Positions 24,475-36,770 of a DNA stretch of 41,384 bases are shown piece after piece (the first letter of the stretch is position 1; every line of letters begins with the position of its first letter). Source of the DNA: Nemertoderma westbladi (Eukaryota > Animalia > Xenacoelomorpha); NCBI GenBank assembly GCA_032718475.1, contig JAUCBJ010004567.1:1-41384 (forward strand). The letters run 5' to 3'. The notes under the pieces are model-generated. The model made no database searches. It was not told where the DNA came from and saw only the letters and a program-made list of their open reading frames with translations. The position numbers were made by a program, and so were the translations under genes.

Positions 24475-25423
24475 TAATATCTCCTCAATTAGAAACTACC
24501 CAACAATGAAATACATCTAAGCTTAGTAGTTTCACCAAAACTATTCAATTGAATAATTTCAACAACCCACCCCCTGTAGCATCCATTAGATTTTTCCATT
24601 CAGTAAATTAATTTCAATATTTATTTATGGCAATAAATTTAAAATATTTAAGCGCAAACCTTTATGGATCTTTCCGCAATTCATATCCTTACACTTGAGT
24701 AATTGATGCGTTTATGGGAATGTCGGTTGCTACATTATTGTGTATTACTGGATGCAGCTGGCTATAAAAACCTTGTAGTAAAATTCAAAAATAAAATACC
24801 TGATAAGAATCTCCAGGGGATACTTTGTGGTTTGGTTTCTGCAACATAAGATGTGCTCGTTAGTAATGTTTATTACCTTATGGCAAAATACTGTTTCAAG
24901 TTACCATATCAAAATACATACTTTCCCACACAGAGAACAGACACACAGCAACATTGTATTTATAATAATTGAAATCTAAATTAGAAAGCCAGCAAGATGC
25001 CTGTAAACGAACGTTATGAAGTTAAAGATTGGCTTTAACTGTTCCTAACACTAATAATTTTGGAACAACAAAATAAAAAGGTACCATACAATGCAGGAGT
25101 TAGCAGATGGCGACTACGTGGAGGGAGGAATTACAATATTGGGTATCTTATGTTGATAAAGTCAAAAATACATACAAAAGTACATGCAAAAAGATCGCAA
25201 ATACCAAATTTATGTTTAATTTAAAAATTTAATTTTATTGAATTTAAAACATTTATTGAATTTGAAAGTTCAACTTAAAGGCTAACTCGTCAGGTGTAGC
25301 AGGGTTATAGCTGCTCAGTAAATAAGATTCCAAGCTCCCCTTGAAGACAGGTGCGTTTGTTTTATGAACAATTGTTTTAAAATGTATTTCTATACAAATT
25401 TAAAATATTGTTGTGCTTTGCTA

Positions 25424-25707
25424 TAAAAAGTAAAAAGTAAAGTAAATTTTCTTCGGCCGCTAGGCCAGGGATTACGCACAAAGTCTGACGACTTATTTCC
25501 AATGCGGTCCCCCCAGAACTTTACTCCCCAGAGGAAACTCCAGTACTCATTTAGCTACCACTTAAGGATGCAAGGCAGAGATGCGCCTTGGCTGGTCCCT
25601 TTAAAGCATTCGTGCCGAAACGAAAACTGCCCTGGCTCATGTGAGGATCGAACCCACGACCTACGGGAGATGTGAATTCAATGCAACCACTACACCAAGG
25701 TGGAACC
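25424..25707 (-). mobile_element. tRNA-derived SINE (family B), apparently full length
   Basis: A box TGGTGTAGTGG, B box GGTTCGATCC, central CATCCTTAAGTGGTAGCTAAATGAGTAC, a LINE-like 3' stem-loop and a (TTTAC)n-type tail. Confidence 0.85.
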
Positions 25708-26038
25708 TAATTTATGTCCTAATTTATGCCCTAACCTAATATATGCTCATATTATAATCATACTATAATATAATACTTTGATATAATACTAAAATCACAC
25801 TGTAATGATATACAATTTCGCATAGATCATATTTATTTTCAATTCGGCGAGAAATATGCCGTGAAATAAAGAAAGGATATGGGCCGTGAAAGGATATGGG
25901 GTGGTATATATCACGGCGTGAAATAAAGTAATATTATTACCTCAGTATGATTGTAGCGTATTCTACGGTCACGCTGAGGAAGGTATAACAGTAAGACATC
26001 AACATAGATGAAGACAGCACAAGCATATGTCATGGTTC

Positions 26039-27116
26039 CAGGGACGGATTATGGATTTTGGGCCAAAAAATTTTGGACCCCGTTGATCAAGAAAAATAAT
26101 TTAAGTAATATTACTTTATCCTGAAATTACACCATTCAAAGGACATAAATTATTCTATATTTAGGTACGACTGACATACTGACAGCGTGCACGCCTTGGT
26201 AAGTGACTAGTGACATATTGATAAATATTGTGACTTTGATTGTGATTTAATTTTGAAAATATATTGGTAAATCAATAAATTAGACACGACAATTAATTAA
26301 AAAAGCATTATTTCTTAGCCTTGTGACTGCTGAACTCGTGAATGTTCATTGTAATATACAGTAATAAATTACTATTATTTTGAATCCACTTTTTTGCTAA
26401 CGTTTTCCTGTAAACATTTTTTTAAACACTTCAAACATTATTAAACATTCTATAGGAAACTGTTTCCCGGCGGGACTTTTAAGTAATTTAATTATACAAA
26501 AAGAAAGTAACAAAATAAAATATACTTTCGAAAAATTCAGTGATTAAAATAATTAAAATATTATTAACAATACAACAATTAATTATACGATACGATTATG
26601 ATCAAGCTATAAATTAATCCATTCATAACTCAACACTCATAATACACTCATACCAATCCAATCCAATGCACTATCATTGTTAGAATTTTGATGAAAAGTC
26701 CTTTAGGCCAATACATTCTCCTCCACTGGGCTACACCAGACAGCTATGCAACGAGCCATGCCAGGCAACCAATATAATCGACACATCTTCACCCTTATTG
26801 GGTGAAGAAGGTGAGTTGATTCCTCCACCCTGGCTATCTGCCTAGCCGAGTCGATAGTCTGGTTGTCTGGGTTAGCTGAGTCGAGGTATCATAGTAAATG
26901 TAACTCATTGCTTATCCCTTATCTGTCTATGAATGGTGCTCTATGTGAGATATAAATATTTATTGAACAGCAGAAATTAATAAATGAATGAGGTTGTTTT
27001 ATCAGTGAGATAATGTTTGGTAAATTTATCCCAACTTGCGGGCCCCTTCCAACTTACAGGGCCCCGGCAGCTGCCCCAGTTGCCCCCCCCCCCCCCCCCC
27101 CCCTAATCCGTCCCTG
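26039..27116. mobile_element. Non-autonomous hAT element
   Basis: Perfect 13-bp TIR CAGGGACGGATTA / TAATCCGTCCCTG. 8-bp TSD CATGGTTC / CGTGGTTC (7 of 8 match). Confidence 0.88.
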
Positions 27117-28027
27117 CGTGGTTCAGGACCGGTGTCTCTCATTCTGTCGCTCACTACACCTACTGTAGGCCTTTTTATGCAGCCTGTATGCTGCAGAAAC
27201 GCACAGGGTACATATAGGTTGTTACCTCTTTACGGTACCGGTACCGGTATAATGTGGAAACTCAACACGGCAACTATGTCCATCATCCTGTAACCCCTGA
27301 ACATTAATTATAATTCTAATCGCATATTGTGGACTAACTTTTTGAACAGACACTAATACTGTACCTTACTGTAATTAAAGGCTTATTGTCTTTTCCAGAC
27401 TAAAATCTGCTTGTCACGAACAATTTGCTATTTCTGTCACAAAGGCTACTTTAAAGACACATGACACGAAGTTGAAGAGGGTTAACAGCTCATCAAGACA
27501 TCCATCCGGAATATTAAATAAGCTCAAATCTTTTAAGCCTATATGTCACATTTCATCATCTGTTTCGCATATTATTTTCAATTTTATACACTCACTAGAA
27601 AACCCTTTTCACAGCGTTTTCTCAAACAAAATCATTTTTACTTGGTTATCTACAGTTCTACACCATAAGTTTTTAGTTGGTGCAGATACCTGCCAAATAA
27701 GCTTCAAGTACAAGTAGTTACAAATAAAAAATACGAGAAACTTTAAAATCTCAAAAAATACGAGGAACTTTAAAATTTGCCCCTTTGCGGTAAACTGTCT
27801 GACTGTAGAACTGCAGAGTGGTCAGTAAGGTGCATCAAACGCCCCTTACATTATTAAATTTTCTGTCCCTAGTTTTTTTTCTTCCTTTATATGAGATTAG
27901 AAAATCTGTAGTTTTTTTTATCAACACTATCATTCATCTTCAGGGTCCTCAGACGTCTCAAAATTTGACATTCCACGATCAATACAGTGATCGCGATCGA
28001 TCCAAATTTCTTTGTATTTAGAAAGGA

Positions 28028-28190
28028 ATTAATGTAATGGGCCTATTTATATATGATTTGAAATGAGCTTTTAAATGATATGCTGCATGATATACTTTAA
28101 ATTATATAATATATAATTTAAAGTATATCATGCAGCATATCATTTAAAAGCTCATTTCAAATCATAAATAAATAGGCCCATTACATTAAT
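28028..28190. repeat. Near-perfect palindrome with ~81-bp arms and one mismatch
   Basis: 28028-28108 vs 28110-28190, centred on A28109. Confidence 0.95.
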
Positions 28191-28783
28191 GGGCATTATT
28201 AAGGATCAAGTGGATATCCATTACATGTCCCACCGATGACAGTGGGCTGCTTTATTTGAAAATTTTGTTAATTTCAGCTAGATTTTCAAAAGGTACAAGG
28301 CTATTTCAAAAAGACCCCCATTTCCATATTCTGCATTCTAATACTCCCTATATCTGAATTACTATAATAATAATTTAGTTGTACTGCGTGTGTGTGTGCG
28401 TTATAGGTAGTGCAATAGTGTCATTATTGTTATAACATTGTTGCTTTTGTCATTATTATAGGCCGGACGGGCCACAATACAGTTCCAAAACTACAACTTT
28501 TGTTGAAAGTGATGCATTGCCCTTACCATTGTAATGTTCTTCTGTACCTATATAGGCCTATATCGTTATATGTTTATTTCCCACTGTACCAGTACATACT
28601 TAATATTGTTAATTATCTACAATAGAGATAATAATTGATAAATAATATGAATAGTCAAAAAACTCGTCAAAGTACAGTAGTACACTGTTTGGATTACCAA
28701 GAGGAGTAACTTCCCATGATGCTGAAATTCGTGGATCTCGACTTCCAAATTGTGAACAAGTACTATTTTGCCTTATTTACCAC

Positions 28784-30422
28784 TACTACTAGGATCGGCA
28801 TGCTGCATTGCAGCTGCATTTTTAAGAATGCTGTGCGGGCATATCGACAAAATCGCACCGCCACAACTCCCTATCACCCATGACATTTGCTAGATCATCC
28901 GCATCTTCAAGGCCAGTTTTCTTTAAGATGCGTCTCAAGAAAGTCATGGGCTGTCCACCATGCTTATTCACTCCATGAGGCTGCCAAAGTACAAGATTAT
29001 GCACTGGCTGGTCCTCACGGCGAAAGCAATGTCCTGCAAAGCGGAGGCGATTTTGTTCTAGTGTCAAGCTTGGGGGAACCAATGAAACACCTCCAATGTT
29101 ATATAGTGTCTGGTTGGAGATGTGTGCATTGAACTTGACACAATGAACCCGGCATAGCATTCTTGTGAATGTGTCGTCCAAAGATTTGGTGTCCTCAGCA
29201 GTTAGAGCCCAGCATGGACTCCCATAGAGGAGTACTGGAACTACTGCTGCTCTAAATAACTGGACCTTAAGTTTCCGATTATTTTTCGGTGACTTCCAAA
29301 TCCTGGAAAGCCTATTCAAGGTTGCCCATGCCTTTCCCTTACGCATTCGAAGGTCCTCACCTGACTTCTGGATCCATGATCCCAGGTAACAGAAGTCATC
29401 CACATGCTCAAGCATACCATCTTTTGAGCTTATACCATCTTTTGAGCTTATGCTCATCCGATCAGAGACTTGCTGAGGACTTTCAAAGTTAACTGTCAAA
29501 ATTTTAGTCTTTCTTGAGTTAATAAAAAGACCAACACTAGAAGCAGCATGTTCTAATGAGCTGAGGAGACGTTGGGCTCCCTCTAGTGATTCTGAGAGTA
29601 CTCCTAAGTCATCAGCAAAGTCTAGATCAGTTAGGTACTTGGCAGGATTTCCTCGACTTCTGGAGCCATTAGGTGGAGTTATCATCACCCCATCATCATT
29701 ATGATGATCTAAGGACATGCGTAGAACATAGTCAACAACAATTATGAACAAGGATGGTGCAAGTGTGTCTCCCTGGAGGACGCCCCATAACACTTCAAAT
29801 GGTTCTGTGTCACCGTCAACAGTAGACACAAATGTTGTCGAACCATCGTATTCTGATCTGATTGCTGCAATAATTTCATCAGGAATCCCATATAATGAAA
29901 GTATGCTGAACATACATGAGCTAGAGGCTGAATCAAAGGCCTTGAAGAAGTCAACAAAGATAACAGCCAGATGCCAGTCTTTCTTTTTTGATAACTCTTC
30001 AATTATCCTTCTAAGTGCCAAAATGGGCTCCATGGTCCCACGACCTTTACGGAACCCATTCTGATTTCCACGGAGCAGTCTCTCAATGGGATCCCTGATG
30101 CGATTTAATAGAATTCTATTGTATAGCTTTGCAGCAATCGAGATCAATGAGACTCCCCGAAAAGAATCATAGAGTGTTAGGTTGCCCTTCTTGGGAACTG
30201 GCACCAACTTATCTGTTTTCATTTCTTGTGGGAATCTTGTTGTACGGTACATGTCTACTATGATGGGATAGATGAGCTTTAAACACTCAGGTATTTTAAA
30301 GACCTCAGGGGGAACACCATCTACTCCACTGGCACGATTGGTCTTAATGCTCTTTGCAGCAGCCTTCACTTCTGCAAAGGAGATATCACCAATGGGAATA
30401 TCTGGGAGTACAGACTCAGACA
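28784..30422 (-). mobile_element. 5'-truncated RTE-clade LINE with an open RT ORF (28822-30423)
   Basis: RT motifs QNGFRKGR, FVDFFKAFD, GVLQGDTLAP, FADD, YLGS, RLRFAGH. (TAG)n tail. 12-bp TSD CTTATTTACCAC at 28772-28783 and 30423-30434. Confidence 0.95.
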
Positions 30423-31819
30423 CTTATTTACCACACATCTATTCAACGTACAAAATGGGAAGCAACGAAAATTGTTGAAAAAAGGAAATGTTGTGAAAAA
30501 ATGGTGAAGCTTTTAGATGATAATGCTAAGCTAAGAAGTATACCATTCAACTTAAGAACTACTGATGCAAATAGAGCAAAATTATAAGCAATGGATGATC
30601 GATTGAAAACAACATTTCAACTGTGGCCATGTAATGCTAATCTGAAAGATGCTGAAGATTCTGCATTTTTAGATTCAATGAAAGGTGATAGATTGTCTTC
30701 TTTAGGACCACATGATAAACTACTTGCTGAAAAGACCAAGAGATGTGAAAATAGAGCTCAGAAGTTGTTGTCTAGACAAAATACATTACAACATGAACGC
30801 GACTTAAGTATTCCAATCCAGGATGAGTCTAGCAGCTTTGTTGAAGAAGGAGGCCACTGTAGTGACTCTAATACTGATAGTGATGATAGTGAAGGGATCC
30901 CAGATATTGAAACTATTAGTAGGAACGCGAAATCACCATCGACAACGTAAAGGAACATATGGGTATTTCACTCATGATATCTTGAAAAGATCCAAGTTGG
31001 TCTCTGTAGCAACCCGACTTAAAATGACTCCAACCCAACAATCTGCCTATTCTAAAGCGCTAATCAAAGAGGCTGGTGGAGATGTATCCAAAGTTTCCAC
31101 CTCATATGCATCCGTTGACCATGCACGTCATGTATATGTAAAGACATTGCAGATGCAACAAAAATAAATTGGTTATCCCCACATTTAGCAACACTATTCT
31201 GGGATTCCAAACTATTGCCCAAACTTAACAATCCATATGTGTTGGAAGAACGTCTCAGTGTCTTAGTGGGAGATTCAAAAGACATGAAATTACTAGGTGT
31301 CCCTTCTTACCAACCAGACACACATCAATCTTCAGGTTCTATTATAGCTAATCTAACAGTTGATCTTTTAGAGTCCTGGAAATGTTCTGACAATATTGTA
31401 AACATGACATTCGATACCACAGCTACTACACAACCACAGGACATATAACTGCTGCTTGTGTATCAATTCAACAACGGCTTGGTAGAGCCTTATTGTGGTC
31501 AGGATGTCGTCACCAAATTGGGGAATTAATACTAAATCATGTCTTTGAAGATTTACATATTGAAAATCGCAAATACAACCTACAGTGTACCGGTAATTGG
31601 TAAATATCTACCGAATAATATGTACCAGTTCGAAAGGATTAAAAAAAAACGATTTTTAGTTTAAGCAATTTCGCCCCCCTAGTGGTAGAATGCTGACTGT
31701 TTACCGCACACCCAATCACGCAACCTCTGGTGTAGTAGATCTTTGCTAAGTATCAGCTCGATAGGATTAATAACAACAAAATAATAATATATTCATTGTT
31801 TATATGTTTTAACATCCAT

Positions 31820-32084
31820 GATGACTTAGGAGTACTCTCAGAAACACTAGAGGGAGCCCAACGGCTCATCAGCTCATTAAAACATGCTGCTTCTAGTGTT
31901 GGTCTTTTTATTAACTCCAGAAAGACCAAAATTTTGACAGTTAACTTTGAAAGTCCTCAGCAAGTCTCTGATCGGATGAGCATAAGCTCATAGTGATAGG
32001 GAGTTGTGGCATTGCAATTTTGTCGATAAGCCGGCACAGCATTCTTAAAAATGCAGCTGCAATGCAGCATGCCGATCCTAGTAG
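31820..32084 (+). mobile_element. Internally deleted RTE copy
   Basis: The RT segment jumps to the 3' end after 31990. 10-bp TSD TAACATCCAT at 31810-31819 and 32085-32094. Confidence 0.9.
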
Positions 32085-32451
32085 TAACATCCATAGATTG
32101 TATAAATTATTAAGTAATTTAAACAGGACTTAGGATGACCCAACTTTATAGCAAATGGAGTGGAAAAAATGAATTCACCACCAGCGGGGATTGAACCTAG
32201 ATAGAAACCGTTGGTACCAACATGCGGTTTGAAGGGCGGAGTGGTAGAGAACCTGGGATTGGGATGCTGCTGCTTTTAAAGCTTCCAACAATATATACCC
32301 TATTAACGCTATATTCTTGGCAGGTTACCTAATTATTGTAAGTGCACATTCATCGAATAAATAATATACCCAATATCATTGAATTGGATTGGTAAATAAA
32401 AAACAACTATTTACTTTATTTACCTGACCGTGCAAGAATTCAATAACTATT

Positions 32452-33162
32452 TACATTATTGTGTGCAAAGTAGCACTTTGCAGCGTTATGACCCGAGTTT
32501 ATTTATGTACCGAGCGAGCGCAGCGAGGAGGTGTACATAAATAAACAAGGGTATTTAACGCTGAAAAGTGACCTTTGCAAGCAATGATGTATCTAATTCT
32601 GTTACATTATGTCAACTTATCAGCGTTCGGTATGTGAAAAAAGGATTTTATGGATGCTCATTTATACATTTTTATGAATCGAATTATCGAATATTAGTGA
32701 ACTAGGTACACTGGTACAGTATTAATTATACATTTAAATCTAATTAAAGTTTATTGTAGTTATCTCATACATGAATATGATAAAGCTTTGATCCATCGTC
32801 GACTGAAGCAAACTGAGTCACCGTCTGTGTCCGTTCAGTTTTACTGAACACTGTCGCCGTATTTTCTTTGCTAATTTTCTCTAAAGTGTTTCTATAGGAC
32901 GTTTCAACATAATGGAATACAGTACCACGTTAAACAATTATTTACATACAGTAGCTAGTCCCATGACTGCAAACTGGATAAAGCAGCACTCATTAACATA
33001 AATGGAAATGATACATTCTGGAATACGGTAATTAAAGTTGTTTCCATGTCATTGATTACTTTGCAGCATTCCGTCCTATAGGCCGCAACGCTGCAAAGTA
33101 GTACTTTGCAGCGTTACGAGTAATTCACCAGAACGCTGCTGTTAAGTTGACATAATGTAACA
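32452..33162. mobile_element. Non-coding element with a long terminal hairpin and an internal/terminal inverted repeat (Crypton-like, tentative)
   Basis: Imperfect hairpin 32452-32591 with a GAGCGAGCGCAGCGAG centre. Perfect 20-bp IR at 32600-32619 / 33143-33162. GCAAAGTAGYACTTTGCAGCGTTA occurs near both ends. Confidence 0.55.
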
Positions 33163-34409
33163 AAAGACTTATAAAGAGTTTGTTTTGTTGGCTGGACGAA
33201 TGTCTAAGTAACCAAATGGAATCAAATGAAAAATATGTTACGATATGAGTATATTTCGGGCAATAGCCCTTTATCAACTCAACGTCAATTTGTTTGAAAT
33301 AAATCTGCACGTTAACAGGAAAACTAGTATGACAGTATGATGCAGTAAGATGCAGCTACCGGTAGGCTCTGTACAGCTGTCGGAAATGCGTGCTTCCCAT
33401 TGGATGAAACGGAACTCCAAATTTTAAGGGGGTTAACTACAGTACTAAGTTTGAAAAAGGATGTGCACCAAAAGGATAAATAACTACTAACTACTTTAAT
33501 AGGAAAAATTGTACCAAGAGAATGAGTATATATGAAAATAGAAATATGCGCGAACGGAGAACTTATTCTTTATTCTTTAACCTATCCCATCCATTGGTCA
33601 ATTTAAATACTGTACGTACTAATTGTTAATTCGCTATGGATATGTTAGACCACTTGCCTAATGTTAATACCAATTATTATTAGATTCTGTATTATGATTA
33701 CAATATTCATAATTTGGGAAGTCTAGTCCAAAGCTATTCCGACGGACAAATGTGACTGACTTTCCGAACATATTGACCTACTACTACTACTGAAGACTCG
33801 TGTATCTGTTGGTAAGCCGTTAAAAAATGTAATGCATTGCTTTTAGTTATTTTTTCGTAAAGCAAACTAGAAGAATGCGAGGAAACCTCGACACAAAAAA
33901 TATTTTATAAAATAATAAATTATTTTTTTAAACTTTGCTGGGTAGGCCTTGTTATATAAATTATTTTCTTCACTTTTGCCAAATTGTATTGAATGTCTAT
34001 TGGCTGATTGTAACTCCAAACATTATTTCAGAGTATGGTTGATGATTTCTGTGCCATGGTTGGTTGAACTTATCTAAGCTTTATTGTTCGCGTCGCATTG
34101 GCCTCAGAACTAAAACATTTCCCGACGTTTCTCAAAATAATATGTTTGACCTTGGAAATAAGTATGGCGTGACATTAAACCACAGACAATCTGAGGTTTC
34201 TCCACTATCATAAGAAACCGAAAGAATATTAAAACATATCGCAGTGAAAAATACAATTTTGAGGCTTTTGACGGTCACTGTTGAGTTGTCGAGAGGGGGA
34301 TCTTTCTTTCGATTCATCCCCCACCCGGGAAAAATCGACGCAAATAACTTCTGACAATTTCCAAAAATATAACTGTACTGTATATGTATAATGTTCTGTT
34401 CTCTATACT

Positions 34410-36010
34410 GTTTTGCTTTTTTGTTGTTTATTTATTGTTAATCACAACAAGCCAATTAAGGCTATTGTTGATAGCCAAGTAGTATACCATCTGCACGCTA
34501 AAATACCGAAGTACGTATTCATTCATCTAGAAAATATATACATAGATGAAACCAGTACGAACATAATATATATTATATATAAATAATAACAATCTAAATC
34601 GACAAACAACACATTCTCACTCACACCACAAACATTCAACACATGTAATACGTACTAACTAGGTTTTAGCTTCCAGTCGTAAATTTAAGACCCAAACTTT
34701 GGGTATAAAAACACCCAAACTGCTTAATTTTGCAATTATTAATTATTATTAATTTATTAATATGCTTGAGCATGTGGAAGACTTCTGTTACCTGGGATCA
34801 TGGATCCGGAAGTCAGGTGAGGACCTTCGAATACGTAAGGGAAAGGCATGGGCAGCCTTGAATAGGCTTTCCAGGATTTGGAAGTCACCAAGAATTAATC
34901 GGAAACTTAAGATCCGATTATTTAGAGCAGCAGTAGTTCCAGTACTCCTCTATGGGAGTCCATGCTGGGCTCTAACTGCTGAGGAAATCAAATCTCTGGA
35001 AGGTACATTCATAAGAATGCTACGCCGGGTTCATTGTGTCAAGTACAATGCACACATCTCCAACCAGTAACATTGGAGGTGTCTCATAGGTTCCCCCAAG
35101 CTTGACACTAGAACAAAATCGCCTCCGCTTTGCAGGACATTGCTTTCGCCGTGAGGACCAGCCAGTGCATAATCTTGTACTTTGGCAGCCTCATGGAGTG
35201 AATAAGCATGGTGGACAGCCCATGACTTTCTTGAGACGCATCTTAAAGGACACTGGCCTTGAATATGCGGATGATCTAGCAAATGTCATGGGTGATAGGG
35301 AGTTGTGGCGGTGCAATTTTGTCGACAAGCAGGCCCAGCATTCTTAAAAATACAGCTGCAATGCAGCATGCCTATCCTAGTAGTAGTAATTTTGCAATCC
35401 GACATCAGACTAAGGAGTTCAAGAAATTTAAACGATGAAGGATTTCTTCTATGATATCTTACTGCCAAAAATTGAATGCGTAGATCATGATAGAGCGGAC
35501 ATTTAAGTACAAAGTGGTATTCATCCTCCACTTCTTGGAGATTATAGAGCTGGCATAATCTATGGTTACGTGGTACGTTATTCCAACGTCCGTATTCAAT
35601 TTGTAGATCTTGTGAGGAACACCTTAGGCGGCTAACAGTCTTACACAGTGTAGGGTAACCACTAAGTGAGTTTAAGTAGTTTTTCGCCCCAAACACCCTC
35701 TTGAAATACCAAATACCCTTGGAAGAATTTTCTTTCGCACTCCACCAAGACTGAATGAAGTTATCCTGCAATGTACGTTCTAGAGATTTAACAAACATTT
35801 TATTACAGCTGACCGACTGGTTGTCCCACGGCCAACTTTTACCAGACTTATTAAGCAGATCGCGCACACCAGAAACCCAGTTACTGTTTTTGAAAGTCAG
35901 ACAATCCTGAAGTAGCATGAGATACGCCTGCTTGACTAAACGCGAGTCTGGTAAATTAATAATTTTAATCCAATATTTTATTATACGAATAATAACGTGG
36001 CGCTGTAACA
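34410..36010 (-). mobile_element. LINE 3' portion (RTEX-like ORF2 C-terminus and 3' UTR), interrupted by an RTE
   Basis: RLRCSS.DLQIEYGRW..PRNHRLC...EDEYHFVLKCPLY zinc-knuckle-type C-terminus. The frame continues ...DCKI-KQFGCF across the RTE insertion. AATAAA and an A-rich tail near 34410-34435. Confidence 0.8.
34737..35386 (+). mobile_element. 5'-truncated RTE copy with a 24-bp AT filler at the 5' junction
   Basis: RTE homology starts at 34761. (TAG)n tail. 12-bp TSD TAATTTTGCAAT at 34725-34736 and 35387-35398. Confidence 0.92.
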
Positions 36011-36244
36011 ACATTCCCTAAATTGATCATGGGATGAAAACATCCCTAAATTGATAATTGAGAGTATTGATACGAGATATGTATTAATTCGCCGAGCTGG
36101 TATTGGTTCCAGTTTTAAATTTAATAATAATTTAAATTATTGTCAAGCAAGAGAAGTAAAAAGCTTGCCGGTGGGTATGCAAGGACCAAAATAAGTAAAA
36201 TACTAAAAAGCAACTGGAACTAATCTAAAAAATTTCGAGTAGCC

Positions 36245-36770
36245 GATAGGTGTAGTTGTAGCGCCCACCCCTACTTTCGGGATGCAGATAGGAGTAGCGA
36301 CCACCCCAACCTTCGGGATGCAGATAGGAGTAACGCCCACCCCTACCTTCGGGTAGCAGATAGCAGTAGCGCCAACCCCTACCGTCGGGTAGCAGATAGG
36401 AGTAGCGCCCCCCCCCCCCCCCCCCCACGTTCGGGTAGCAGATAGGAGTAACGCCCATCCCTACCTTCAGGTAGCATAATATAGGAGTAGCGCCAACCCC
36501 TACCTCGGGTAGCAGATAAGAGTAGCCCACCCCCCCCCCCCCCCCCCCCCCCCCCACGTTCGGGTAGCTGTTAGGAGTAGTGCCCACCTCTACCTTTGGG
36601 TAGCAGATAGGAGTAGCACCCACCCCTCCCTTTGGGTAACAGATAGGAGTAGCGCCCTCTCCCACCCCCCCCCCCCCCCCCCCCCCCCACGTTCGGGTAG
36701 CAGATAGGAGTAGTGCCCACCTCTATCTTCGGGTAGCAGATAGGAGTATCGCCTACACCTAACTTCGGGT
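36245..36770 (+). repeat. 36-bp minisatellite with poly-C expansions
   Basis: Unit approximately TCGGGTAGCAGATAGGAGTAGCGCCCACCCCTACCT, starting at 36277, 36313, 36349 and so on. Confidence 0.92.

Larger units (their letters stand above)
27826..31570 (+). mobile_element. hATm-like DNA transposon remnant; transposase pseudogene from ATG 28647, interrupted by an RTE and 3'-truncated
   Basis: N-terminus TRQS..LFG..IRGSRLP..VL; motifs FWDSKLL, EERLSVLV, LLGVP, MTFDTTA, AAC..QRLGRALLWSGCRH..ELIL. Possible left end TAAGGTG at 27826 (uncertain). Confidence 0.78.

Noticed and set aside
28887-30064. Recurrent antisense ORFs (MLDHPH..., also at 35031 and 39955)
   Set aside because: They recur only because the RTE copies are near-identical; they are shadows of the RT frame.
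31672-31685. CTCF-like motif CGCCCCCCTAGTGG
   Set aside because: It has one extra C relative to the consensus core and is a single unsupported occurrence.
35286-36014. 242-aa ORF as a host gene
   Set aside because: It is a LINE ORF2 C-terminus reading into the antisense strand of an inserted RTE.
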